DNA of 64,000 nt from Pirellulales bacterium. GTDB taxonomy: Bacteria > Planctomycetota > Planctomycetia > Pirellulales > DATAWG01. Below, piece by piece: positions 11,044-21,629 of this stretch. The notes under the pieces were generated by a model that saw only the letters and a list, made by a program, of their open reading frames with translations, made no database searches and was not told the origin of the DNA. A program made the translations under genes and the position numbers. Position 1 is the stretch's first letter. Every line of letters begins with the position of its first letter. The stretch spans positions 189,207 to 253,206 of the forward strand of contig CAVTYW010000019.1 in NCBI GenBank assembly GCA_963738955.1, written 5' to 3'.

Positions 11044-11312
11044 CGCTGTTGGAGATATTCTTCGGCGCGTTCCGCCTTGCGAACCAGATAAGGGACGTAG
11101 AGGTTCGTCGATTCGGCGAACCGCCGGAGGACCTGCATCTGTTGCTCGAAATCTTCCGAAAACTTTTTATGCTCTTGATCGCGCCACGTGCCGCCGAGCG
11201 CGGCGAGTTGGCGCTGGATCATCGACATTTGATTCAATAGCTCGCCGGAAAATTGTTTGAGCTGTTGGGCAAAGCGGCGAACTTCGCCCGGATCGACAAT
11301 TGCTTGCGGCAT
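11040..11312 (-). CDS. WXG100/ESAT-6-like protein
   Basis: 90 aa; AIVDPGEVRRFAQQL N-terminus, central TWRDQEH turn, two helices; first gene of an operon ending in an FtsK-like ATPase. Confidence 0.85.
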   Translation of the reverse strand: MPQAIVDPGEVRRFAQQLKQFSGELLNQMSMIQRQLAALGGTWRDQEHKKFSEDFEQQMQVLRRFAESTNLYVPYLVRKAERAEEYLQQR

Positions 11313-11363
11313 GGAAGCACTCGATGGAGCGTGAACTGCGAAGAGTTGATGTTTGTTTCTTTG

Positions 11364-11443
11364 GCCACACTAACCCGAAGCGTTAGCGAGGGCGGCGCTG
11401 CGTTTGACGTTCCGCCCTCGCTAACGCTTCGGGTTAGTGTGGC
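11364..11443. repeat. REP-like doublet, family AACCCGAAGCGTTAGCGAGGG
   Basis: Perfect 32-bp inverted repeat, arms 11364-11395 and 11412-11443. Confidence 0.9.
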
Positions 11444-11543
11444 ACAGGTTTCCCCGAGGCACCCGCAACCTGCGTTCAGGCCACGCTTTATCATAACCGA
11501 GGCGGCGTGGCGGGGCGAGTAGCGGGTGGATTTGAGCCGGGGT

Positions 11544-11945
11544 TCAACCCCGCAGCAATTCAACAACCTCTGGATTGTTGGCCAAATCGGCGGGCCTCTT
11601 GCCGTTCTTGTCCAGGACCTGTCTGTCCGCCCCGAGGGCCGACAGCAGTCTAACGGCTTCGACGTTTCCCTTTGACGCGGCAAAGTGAAGGGGGCTGGCG
11701 AACGCGACGAATTTGCCGTTTACGTCGGCACCTCCCCTAACCGCGAGTTTGATTTTGTGCATCTTGCCTGCTATTAATGCCGCCTCCAAATCGCTAATGG
11801 GGATAGCGCCCTTTGGAAGACTCGAGTTGCCGGTGGAATTCGCTTCATTCCATTTACGGGCCGCGTCGAGAAGAATAGCCTCCCGATCGGCCGCCCTTTG
11901 CTCTTCGTCTGTGAGTTCGAGTAGCTTATCCTTGTCGTCTATCAT
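11544..11945 (-). CDS. Ankyrin-repeat protein
   Basis: GADVN, SPLHFAASKGNVEAVRLLSALGAD, DKNGKRPADLA. Confidence 0.88.
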   Translation of the reverse strand: MIDDKDKLLELTDEEQRAADREAILLDAARKWNEANSTGNSSLPKGAIPISDLEAALIAGKMHKIKLAVRGGADVNGKFVAFASPLHFAASKGNVEAVRLLSALGADRQVLDKNGKRPADLANNPEVVELLRG

Positions 11946-11998
11946 GTTTCACTTCTGGAATGTTGCGAAGCTAATGGCAGAGCAAAAGTGTCCGACGA

Positions 11999-12685
11999 TC
12001 AAATAGACTCCTCATTTCGTTCCTCCTCAATCGTGTTGATCTCGTCGGCCCATTCTGGAAGCAACTCCGCGGGCTTCAGTTGCAACGTGTAGTGGCCGCC
12101 GTGTTCCGCCACACGGTTGGCGATCAATTGCGCTTCTTCCAGCGACTCATTCGGCCCGCGAACGTACAAGGGCCGGCCATCGTGGCCGAACTGAAATTCA
12201 TCGGGACATTGCGACGGATCGATGCCGGCTAGCAGCCGCTGCGCGTGGCGGAAATCCGAGTGCGGCGGAAAGCCCAACGACTGGCCGGAATCGGCGGTTT
12301 GGTACACGAGCTTCACAAGATACTCGGGCGTCACCGTGTTCAGTGTACCGGTCTCCTCGATGCGTTCCAGCAAATCGTTGAACTCGGCAGGCGCAAGGAT
12401 TCTCCAAAACGCGTCTTTGACTCCGAGGCAATAGACGTCGAGCAGAAACACCGCGCAGGCCAGTTGGCCGTCGGGCATCCGTCGGGCGATGACGGCGCTG
12501 CCCATCCCCTCGCTCCACACGCTTTCGGAAACCGAGCAGGCCGTGATTGGCCAATGGTCAGCGGCTTGGAGGCGAATAGCCGGATTGGGCGACGTCCGCC
12601 TCGCCAGTTGCCGACGTTTTTCGTCGCGTTTGGCTTTCTGCTTGGCTTGGCGCTTTTGCTCGCGCGCTCCATGTCGTTTGGGCAT
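11999..12685 (-). CDS. Hypothetical protein with basic N-terminus
   Basis: Protein-like ORF (AVFLLDVYCLGVKDAF, GFPPHSDF, FGHDGRPLYVRGP); function unknown. Confidence 0.75.
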   Translation of the reverse strand: MPKRHGAREQKRQAKQKAKRDEKRRQLARRTSPNPAIRLQAADHWPITACSVSESVWSEGMGSAVIARRMPDGQLACAVFLLDVYCLGVKDAFWRILAPAEFNDLLERIEETGTLNTVTPEYLVKLVYQTADSGQSLGFPPHSDFRHAQRLLAGIDPSQCPDEFQFGHDGRPLYVRGPNESLEEAQLIANRVAEHGGHYTLQLKPAELLPEWADEINTIEEERNEESI

Positions 12686-13019
12686 AAACTTGACTCCATT
12701 CAAGAGTGGACTCGATTCATCGCTACGATTGCTTGCCGACAAACAGCATATCTCGCTCCGCGATGGTTTGACAAGCAAGTTTGAAACGACGATCGTGCCT
12801 CGTCATTCCCTTGAGATTCGTCATTCGACATTAGCCATTCGCAAATTTGGCGACAATGCTGCGACTGGCCAATTATTCGGCCGTCATTTGGCGGTATTTT
12901 CCGCCGTTGACCCGCGCCGGGGGCGGGCCTATAATCGCCGCACGTCAGGGATGACAAGGCCAGTTTTGTTCGGAAACTGGTGAACAGGGTCAAGGTGGAC
13001 CCTCTGGCCCGTGTAGAAT

Positions 13020-13071
13020 CAGTTTCAAAACCGCGCGGAGAGGGGGACAGTCCCCGGCGGTTTTGAAACTG
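13020..13071. repeat. Palindromic element upstream of dnaG
   Basis: CAGTTTCAAAACCGC...GCGGTTTTGAAACTG with inner GGGGACAGTCCCC hairpin. Confidence 0.7.
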
Positions 13072-13121
13072 CTTCGAGTCAAGTCGTCTCTCCCGCCGCA
13101 CGTGTTCCAGGGGGTTGGCTC

Positions 13122-15004
13122 GTGTCTTTCGCTTCGTCGTTTGACGATAAAGAGCGGGTCCGCCAGGCAATCGACATCGTCGATCTGGTCGGCAGCTATC
13201 TGCAACTGCGGCGCGAAGGCCGGAACTATAAGGCCATTTGCCCCTGGCACGACGACACGCGCCCCAGCCTTATAGTTAACCCGGATCGGCAGTCATTCAA
13301 ATGCTGGGTTTGCGTTGACAAGGGCGGCGACATCTTCAACTTCATCATGGAGATGGAGAAGGTTGGCTTCCCTGAAGCGCTAACCATGCTCGCCGATCGC
13401 GCGAATATCACATTGACGCCGCGGAACAGCGAGGGGCGAGGGGCGAGGGGCGAGGGAGGAGTGGTCGGCAGCCCCGACGACAAACGCACACTCTATCAGG
13501 CCGCCGCCTGGGCGGAACAGCAGTTCGAGAAATGTCTGTTGTCGGCGCCGGAAGGGGAATCGGCGCGGCGCTATCTCGACAATCGCGGCGTCAACGACGA
13601 AAGCATTCGTCGCTATCATCTCGGGTTTTCGCCCGATCGCTGGGATTGGCTGATCAAGCAGGCGTTAAAAGGCGGATTCTCGCCGGCGGTGTTGGAAAAA
13701 GTCGGGCTATTGATTCGGCGGGATGGTGGCGGCGGGCATTACGATCGCTTCCGCGGCCGCGTGATTTTTTCCATCCGCGACGTGCAAGGCCGGCCAGTGG
13801 CGATCGGCGGACGAGTTCTGCCCGAGAATGCCACTGCCAATCCGGCCAAGTACATCAATTCGCCCGAAACGCCGTTGTTTTCGAAAAGCACGATGCTTTA
13901 CGGCCTCGATCTGGCCCGCGACGCAATCGCCAAGTCCACGAACAAGACCGCCATCGTGATGGAGGGTTACACCGATTGCATTGTCGCTCGGCAGTATGGC
14001 TTTGAGAATGTGCTGGCGGTGCTTGGCACGGCGTTGGGCGAACGGCATATTCGCTTGCTGCGACGGTTTGCCGATCGGATCGTGCTGGTGCTCGATGGCG
14101 ACGAGGCGGGCCAAAAACGGACTGGCGAAGTGCTGTCGCTGTTCGTGGCCGAGCAAGTCGATTTGCGAATCGTGACGCTGCCGAATGATTTGGACCCGTG
14201 CGATTATCTGCTCAAGCATGGGGCCGACGAATTCCGCAAGCAACTCGATTCGCCGGTTGACGCCTTGGAACACGCCTTTCGCATGGCCACGCGGGGCCTG
14301 GATATCGCCGGAATGCCGCATCAGGCGCAAGCGGCGCTCGATGGCTTGCTGCAAACGATCGCCAAGGCGCCGCGGTTGCGCGAGGGAACGACAAGCGAAG
14401 TGCGGATTCGCCAATGGGCAATGATGGCCCGGCTGGCCCGGATGTTCGGCATCAACGAAGACGTGTTGCGCGGGCGATTGACCGAATTGCGCGACAAGCA
14501 ACGAACGACCAAAACATCCATCGCGGCGGGAGTGGCTGCGGCGGTGCACCGGCTTTGGTCGCATTGAATCCTTGGGACCGCGAACTGCTGGAGATCTTGC
14601 TGCTGGAGCCGGAAGCAGTGACAGCAGTGGCGGACGTGGTTCGGCCCGAGCAATTGAGCGGCGAGGCCAGCCGGCGGATTTTTTCGGCCTGCTGTCGTCT
14701 GGCTGCCGCCGGGATCACTCCAGATTTTCACAGATTGCTATTGGAGTTTGACGAGCCACAGTACAAAAACTTGTTAGTTGAGCTCGACGAGCAAGGACAT
14801 GCCAAGCGATCGCTCGATGCAGCCGCCCGGTTGCACGAGCTTTTGGAAGCGTTTCGCCACCGCGATGAAGATCGTCAATCCCGCGACCAGGCCCGCGCCG
14901 TCGAGGAGAAGCGTCTTGCGGAGGACGAAGAGTTGGCCGTGTTGCAACGGATGATCGACCAGAAGAGGAATCGGCAAGGCATTTCCGCGCCCACGGATGG
15001 GTAA
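13122..15004 (+). CDS. dnaG: DNA primase, one frameshift near 14550
   Basis: CPWHDDTRPS..KCWVC zinc finger, YDRFRGRVIF, AKYINSPET, VMEGYTD, LDGDEAG, DPCD; C-terminal domain in ORF 14414-15004. Confidence 0.96.
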
Positions 15005-15141
15005 GGATGCCTCGCCTCCGCGCCGCCTTAATCCAGACTCGCTCCTGATGGAATCAGGTTCGACAATCTTCTAGGATCTTGCGGCCGGAACAGAGCATCG
15101 CCAAGCCCCGCGCCCGACAAGCGGGAGTAAGGAGAACTCAG

Positions 15142-16827
15142 ATGGACCATTGCGATATGGATTTGAACGAATTGGTCGCCAAGGGAAAGGCCCAAGGATA
15201 TCTGACCTACGACCAGGTCAACGACTACTTGCCCGACGAGGCCGTCAATCCCGAGAAGCTCGATAGCCTGCTGGTCGCGCTCGACGAGCTGGGCATCGAA
15301 CTGGTCACCGAGCGCCGCGCCGAAGCGGAAGCGAATGGCATCGTCGTGCCGCCGACTGCCGCCGAGGAACTCGAGGCCGAAGAACTGGAACTGCCGCGCA
15401 ACATGCCGCTGCCGGCTCGGACCGTCGATTGCCGAAGCTCAGCGACGATCCGATCCGGATGTATCTGACGCAGATGGCCGAGATTCCGCTGCTGACCCGC
15501 GAGGAGGAAATCTCGCTGGCCAAGAAGATCGAAGTCACGCGCAAGCGATTCCGCCGCACGGTGCTGGGCTGCAACTTCGCCATGCAGGCCACGATCGACA
15601 CGCTCGACAAGGTCCACAACGGCGCGCTGCCGTTCGACCGCACGATCAAGGTCTCGCTGACCGAGCGGTTGACCAAAGAGCAGATCATGGCCCGCATGCC
15701 GCACAATCTGCGGACGCTCGAGCATCTGCTCGACGCAAAACCGGGACGACTTCCGCAAGCTGATCAGCCGCAGCACGCCGCGGCGCGAATGGCTCGAGCG
15801 CCCGCAAGCGGTTCTGCCGCCGCCGCCGCAAGGCGCTGACGCTGGTCGAGGAGCTGAGCCTGCGCACGCGCCGCGTGCAGCCGATGGTGCAAGCAGTTGA
15901 ACGAGATGTCGCGGCGGATGGATGTATCTGCCGCGCGCGGATCGAACTGCTGCGTCGACGCAGTCGGCCGCCAAGGACGAGCGGGCCAACCTCCGCAAGG
16001 AGCTGCGCGACCTGATGCTGATCACGCTGGAAAGCCCGCGCAGCCTGCGCAATCGCCGTGCGACGATGATGCGGCAGTTCCACGACTACGAGCAGGTCAA
16101 GCGGCAGCTTTCCAGCGGCAACCTGCGGCTGGTCGTCTCGATCGCCAAGAAGTATCGCAACCGCGGCCTGAGCTTCCTGGATCTGATCCAGGAAGGAAAC
16201 ACCGGCCTGATGCGGGCGGTCGACAAGTACGAGTATCGCCGCGGCTACAAGTTCTCGACCTATGCCACCTGGTGGATTCGCCAGGCGATCACGCGGGCCA
16301 TCGCCGACCAGGCCCGCACGATCCGCATTCCGGTCCACATGATCGACGTGCTGTCGCGGCTGCGGAACGTCTCGAAGCGGCTGCTGCAGGAATTGGGTCG
16401 CGAGCCGACGACCGAAGAGACCGCGCGTGCGGCCGACATCAGCGTCGAGGAAACCCGCCGCGTGCTGAACATCGGCCGGCATCCGGTGAGCCTCGATCGG
16501 CCGGTCGGCGAGAGCGAGGACAGCAGCTTCGGCGAGTTCATCGAGGACAGCGGCACGCGAAAGCCCGATCACCACGGCCACGCAAGGCATGCTGCGGCAA
16601 AAGATCGAAGGACTGCTGAAGACGCTGACCTATCGCGAGCGGGAGATCATCCGCCTGCGGTACGGCCTGGGCGACGGCTACACCTACACCTGGAAGAGGT
16701 GGGCCGGATCTTCAAGGTCACGCGCGAACGCGTGCGGCAGATCGAAGCCAAGGCCGTCCGCAAGCTGCAACATCCGGTGCGCAGCAAGCAGCTCGAAGGA
16801 TTCTTGGGCGGAGTGGCGCAGGCCTGA
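15142..16827 (+). CDS. rpoD: Primary RNA polymerase sigma factor, frameshifted in assembly
   Basis: Region 1.1 [62 protein letters not shown]; directly follows dnaG. Confidence 0.96.
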
Positions 16828-16981
16828 CCGCCGGTCGTCCTTCTAAGATTGTCAATTATCGGCCGACGCGGCGGCGCACGAAAAACGCCGCCGCGTCGCT
16901 GCCGTTTCTGGGCTGCCCGCTGGGCGCATGTCGCTTGGCGTCGTATGCTAGTAGATACGGCAACCCAGGGAGGACACCTCA

Positions 16982-17707
16982 ATGACATTCACCGCGGCGT
17001 CGCTCCGCGAACTACATCGCATTCATCGTCAGCTATCCGATCTGCGCGAGCGGCTCGAGCGGGGCCCGAAGCAGATCAAGGCTCGGCAGGCCAATGCCGC
17101 CGCGGCCGAGGAGAAACTGGCCAAGGCTCATGCCGACTCGAAGGCGGCCCGGGTTGCGGTCGATCAAAAGCAATTGCTGCTGCGCTCCGGCGAAGCCAAG
17201 ATTTTCGACCTGAAGAACAAGCTCAACACCTGCCACACCAACCGCGAGTATCAGGCGCTGCGCGATCAAATCCTGGCCGATGAAATGGCCAATAGCGTGC
17301 TGTCGGACGAGATTCTGGAGGCGATGGAGCGCGGCGATACGTTCAAGCATACGATCGCCGAAGCGGAGCAACAAGTCGCCAAGGCGAAGGAAGATTTGAC
17401 CAAGCTCCAGCAAACGGTTCGAGCGCAAGAGGAGACTTTACTGGGCGAAGTGGCACGGTTGGAGAAGGAATTGCGCGAAGCGGAAACCGGCCTGCCCGAC
17501 GATCTTCGTGAGGCCTATCAGCGGATCGTCAAGGTTCTCGGCGAAGACGCGATGGCCCAAGTCGAAGGGGAAAGCTGCGGCGGATGCCATAAGCAGCTTA
17601 CGCCCAACGTCATGAGCCAATTGTCGATGGCCACGGTCGTGTTTTGCAAGACTTGCGGCCGGCTGCTCTATCTGCCGGAAGACCGCACGCGGACGAAGAA
17701 GGCGTAG
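16982..17707 (+). CDS. Coiled-coil protein with C-terminal C4 zinc ribbon (DUF164/CT398-like)
   Basis: Long coiled coil, TNREYQAL, CGGCH...CKTCGRLLY. Confidence 0.9.
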   Translation: MTFTAASLRELHRIHRQLSDLRERLERGPKQIKARQANAAAAEEKLAKAHADSKAARVAVDQKQLLLRSGEAKIFDLKNKLNTCHTNREYQALRDQILADEMANSVLSDEILEAMERGDTFKHTIAEAEQQVAKAKEDLTKLQQTVRAQEETLLGEVARLEKELREAETGLPDDLREAYQRIVKVLGEDAMAQVEGESCGGCHKQLTPNVMSQLSMATVVFCKTCGRLLYLPEDRTRTKKA

Positions 17708-17789
17708 TTCTGCGATTGACCGACTTTTGGGTGACGACTACATTTTGCGTCGTTTCCGACCGCCCCGCGCAATCCCACCCCGCTATCGC

Positions 17790-19219
17790 ATGGATGCGAC
17801 GATGCCGCCCACTCCGTCTCGCTGGCGCACGATGCGCGTGCTGTTTTGGGCCGTGCTGGCGTTGGTGTTGGTCGTGTGGGGACTGACCGACGTTCGCAAT
17901 CGCGGCCGGTGGGATCCGGCGACTCCGTTGAACCACATGACCGATTTGACGGTCTACACGGAGGCCGGCGCCGCGTTCTTCGACGGCCGCGATCCGTATG
18001 CGGTCTCGAATCCTCGCGGTTGGCATTATCTGTATCCGCCGCTGCTGGCAATTACGCTGGCGCCGTTGTCGAGCCTGGATAGCCAATGGCAGGTAGTGAT
18101 TTGGTATTTCTTCAATCTCGCCGTGGCGTGGGGCTGCTGTTACGAATCTCTGCGGTTGCTGCGGCTGGTAAAGCCGGCGGCACTCTTCGCGGCGCCGAGG
18201 TGGCTCGTTGGGCTTACGGCGGCTGCGATGTTGTTTCCGGCGCTGAATTGCTTGCAGCGCGGCCAGGTCGGGTTGCTGGTGACTTACTTCGTGCTGCTGG
18301 GATTGCGGCTGACGCTCGGCGGTCGATCGTGGCTTGGCTGGGCGGCGGGTGGATTTGCGTTGGCGCTAGCGATCACGATCAAACTGACGCCCATCATGCC
18401 GGCGCTGTTTCTCGTGGCCCTGCTCGGGCTGCCGGTTGTGATGGGCTGGAATCGTTCCAAGCTTCCGCAAGCTGCGACATTGCTCGGCGGGTTGACGGCA
18501 GGATTAGTGCTGTTCCTGTTGCTGCTTCCGGCGGCGGCGGTCGGATGGTCGGCGAATTTGCATCACCTGCACCGATTCGTCGAACTGATCGTGCTGAACC
18601 ATGACGTCGGCGGCGAAAACGATCTGACGTATCACAGCGTCCGCAATCAGAGTCTGACGAATGCGGTGTATCGGCTCGGAAATTGGGTCGCTTTTGCCTG
18701 GGACGGCGGACCCGATGATTTGGCGGAGCCGAAGCCGGGAGAGACGGTCGTCATGCCGATGGATCAACCGATCGTACATCGCGTGCTAATGGTGATTCGG
18801 CTTGGCTTGTTGGTCTTGCTGACGGCCGTGGGTTGGCGCGCGCGCGGCGCGGCGCGGCATTGGATTTGGCGGCAGCTTATGGAGCGGCTTGCGTGGCCAC
18901 GCTTTTGGTTTCGCCGTTGTCATGGGGGCACCATTATTTAATCGCCGCGCCTGGATTCTTGTTCGTGCCGCTTTGGTTTTTGCAGCACGGAAGGATCCGC
19001 TTTGCAAAGAGCCTCGCAGTCTCGGCGTGTGGATTGTTGTGGGCTCATTATCTGCTGCTCGACTGGACCGGACGAGCCGGCTTGCTCGGTTTGGGCACGA
19101 CAGCCTGGTTTCTCGGCGCGGCGATTGGATTGCTGCAATGGTCCGCGACGGAGAAGGCTGCGAAAAGCGATTCCGTAGGCAGCGAGCGGAAACCGGACCA
19201 AGATTTGCGGGCGGCTTGA
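17790..19219 (+). CDS. GT87/DUF2029-like membrane glycosyltransferase, frameshift near 18850
   Basis: DLTVY..G..DPY, YLYPPLLA, QRGQV, IKLTP, NQSL, SPLSWGHHY; multi-TM. Confidence 0.85.
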
Positions 19220-19263
19220 ACAGAGCGGAACAGCCGTGCAATAGCTATCTCGATCGAACTCGC

Positions 19264-20576
19264 TCAGTCGCCGCTCAAAACGTCGCCGTCGCGACGGCGG
19301 CTTTGGCTGCGCAACTCGTTCATCATGAACCGCAAAGCGCGGGAGTATTCGCGGACGGCCTGCGCATAATCACGACGTTCGATGGCTGATTTGCCTTGCG
19401 CGCTGTAGGCGTTGAACTTCGTCCAATCGACCGACCATTGCCCGTCGGTGGCTGCCTCGCGAAGCTGTTCGATCAGCAGACCGAGATTGCTGACCAGCGC
19501 TTCGTTCGGTGGGCAATCCCAGGCTCGATACGGACCGCGGCCCAAACGAGCGCCGGGCGCCAAAAGTGCGCCGGGTTTTCCGGCGGCATCCGTTGCAAGA
19601 ATCCCCAAGTGGCGAGCCCAACGGCGGCGACGAGTGCCCCGACGGCGAACGGATATTGCTCGAATGCCGCCAGCGCCACGGCTGCCGCGAGCAAGATGCC
19701 CGCGCCGAGCCAGTACTTCCCGGTGGCCGGCGGAACCGCCGTTTGCGAGGCAGCGTCGTCGGCCAAGGCCAGCGGCGCGGCTTGTGCATTGGCCCGCGCC
19801 GAAATCGCCGGACCCGTGACGCGCACGATCAAGACGGTGATGTTGTCGGGGCCGCCGCGCAAGTTCGCCAGATCGATGAGCACCTGCGCCGCTTCGGCCG
19901 GCGGCATCGTGCTCATGATGACGCCCATCTCCTCGTCCTTGACTTGCCCCGACAAACCATCGCTGCACAGCAAAAACGTATCGCCGACTTCCAGCGGAAA
20001 CGGACCTTCCAGATCGACCTGCACATTCTTATGCGGGCCAAGCGAGCGCGTGATGATATTCTTCGGAACCAAGTTGGGCAGATTCGGATTGTATTGTCCG
20101 CTGGCGGTCATCTCCCACACGAGGCTGTGGTCGAACGTTAGCTGCTCGATCCGCGTGCCGCGGAGCCGATAGATGCGGCTATCGCCCACGTGGGCAACCA
20201 ACGCTCCTTGCGGCACGAGCACAAGCACGCTCGCAGTCGTGCCCATGCCGTGAAACTCGGCGTTGGCCTGGCCCTTCCGATGAATCTCCTCGTTGACTTG
20301 CCGAATGGTTTTGCGAATCGCGTCGGGCGACGACTCTTCGCGGAACTTGTAGTAATTATGCGGAATGCCGTCGGCCGCCATCTTGCTGGCCAATTCGCCC
20401 GCGGCATGAGCGCCCATCCCATCGGCGACGACGAACACATGCCCGCGCCGCTGCCAATTCTCGGCGTTGCTCGCCAACAGAACGGCATACGAATCCTGAT
20501 TGTTGGATCGCCTCATGCCGACGTCGGTGGCTTCGACATGCGCAAGGCAGTCGTTCCAATTCAGCCCTTGTTCCAT
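19264..20576 (-). CDS. PP2C/PPM Ser/Thr phosphatase with two TM helices and C-terminal domain, frameshift near 19550
   Basis: TDVGMRRSNNQD, VADGMG, GMGTT, HVGDSR, LCSDGL, GGPDNIT. Confidence 0.93.
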
Positions 20577-20866
20577 CGTGGACCTGTCTACAAGAGTCGC
20601 CTGCGGCATCGTTTAGGTTGGCCTGCTGGCCCCGGAGCCTATGAATTCGATCGGCACCCGAAAATTGCCATTTTAGTTTACCTTATTGCGACGGAATAGA
20701 TGCTAGCGGAAGGTAGGTTTATTCGGCGCCAGACCGGCTGGATGGGCAAAACCGGGTTTTCGGTCTGGTCCGGCATCGCATGGGCACCTATACTCCGCCG
20801 CCTCAAAATGGCGGCATTCATCTCCTTTTCCGGTCGTTCGACCTGGTGCCTGGCGTGGCCTTGCCT

Positions 20867-21580
20867 ATGTTCAACCACTTGCGAAGCTGGATCGGCTGGC
20901 GCCCGCGATTGGCGGCGGCACTGGCGATCGTCTTGTCGGCATCGCAAGCCGGCTGCGTCGAGCGGCGGATGATCGTGCGCACCAATCCGCCTGGGGCGCT
21001 GTTATACGTCGATGACTACGAAATCGGCATCACGCCCTGCGCCACGTCGTTTATCTACTACGGCACGCGTAAGATTCGGCTGGTCAAAGACGGTTACGAG
21101 ACACTGGTGATCAACCAGCCGATTCCGGCCCCCTGGTATGAATACTTCCCGGCCGATTTCGTTGCGGAGAATCTCGTGCCGGGCCATATCCGCGACCAAC
21201 GGGTGCTAACCTACAACTTGCGGCCGGCGATCCTGGTGCCGAACAACCAACTCACCGGCCGGGCCGACGCACTGCGAGCGGCCGTCAAGGCCGAACAAGC
21301 GGCGGAAGGAATCGTGCCCCTGCCCACGATACGCCGCGGTCAACCGATCCCGGCGGTCACTTCGCCGGCTCCGGGCGTGCTGCCGACGCCGAGCTATTAT
21401 CCGCAACCGCAGGGTGTCTACCCGCAAGGAAGTTATCCGTCGGGCGTTTATCCGCAGTCCAATAGCATTCCGCTGCAGGGCACTGGGCCAATCATCACGC
21501 AGCCGCAGCCGTTTGGACCGATTCCGGGATCATCGGCGCCGCCGAATTACAGCTTGCCGCCACCGGGGACGCCGAATTAG
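20867..21580 (+). CDS. PEGA-domain lipoprotein
   Basis: Lipobox-like SQAGC; TNPPGALLYVDD..IGITP, LVKDGYE; Pro/Gln-rich tail. Confidence 0.8.
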   Translation: MFNHLRSWIGWRPRLAAALAIVLSASQAGCVERRMIVRTNPPGALLYVDDYEIGITPCATSFIYYGTRKIRLVKDGYETLVINQPIPAPWYEYFPADFVAENLVPGHIRDQRVLTYNLRPAILVPNNQLTGRADALRAAVKAEQAAEGIVPLPTIRRGQPIPAVTSPAPGVLPTPSYYPQPQGVYPQGSYPSGVYPQSNSIPLQGTGPIITQPQPFGPIPGSSAPPNYSLPPPGTPN

Positions 21581-21629
21581 GCGCGGCAAGAGCGCGCGAC
21601 ATCCGTTGGTTGCGACGTGGGCTCTGGGA

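Noticed and set aside
11364-11443. Repeat-spacer-repeat units as a CRISPR array
   Set aside because: Copies are inverted doublets dispersed through the window; no direct-repeat array and no cas genes
15142-16827. rpoD, and likewise dnaG, clpC, mutL, nuoMN, as pseudogenes or programmed frameshifts
   Set aside because: Core genes with intact motifs and scattered indels without slippery sites; sequencing error is more parsimonious
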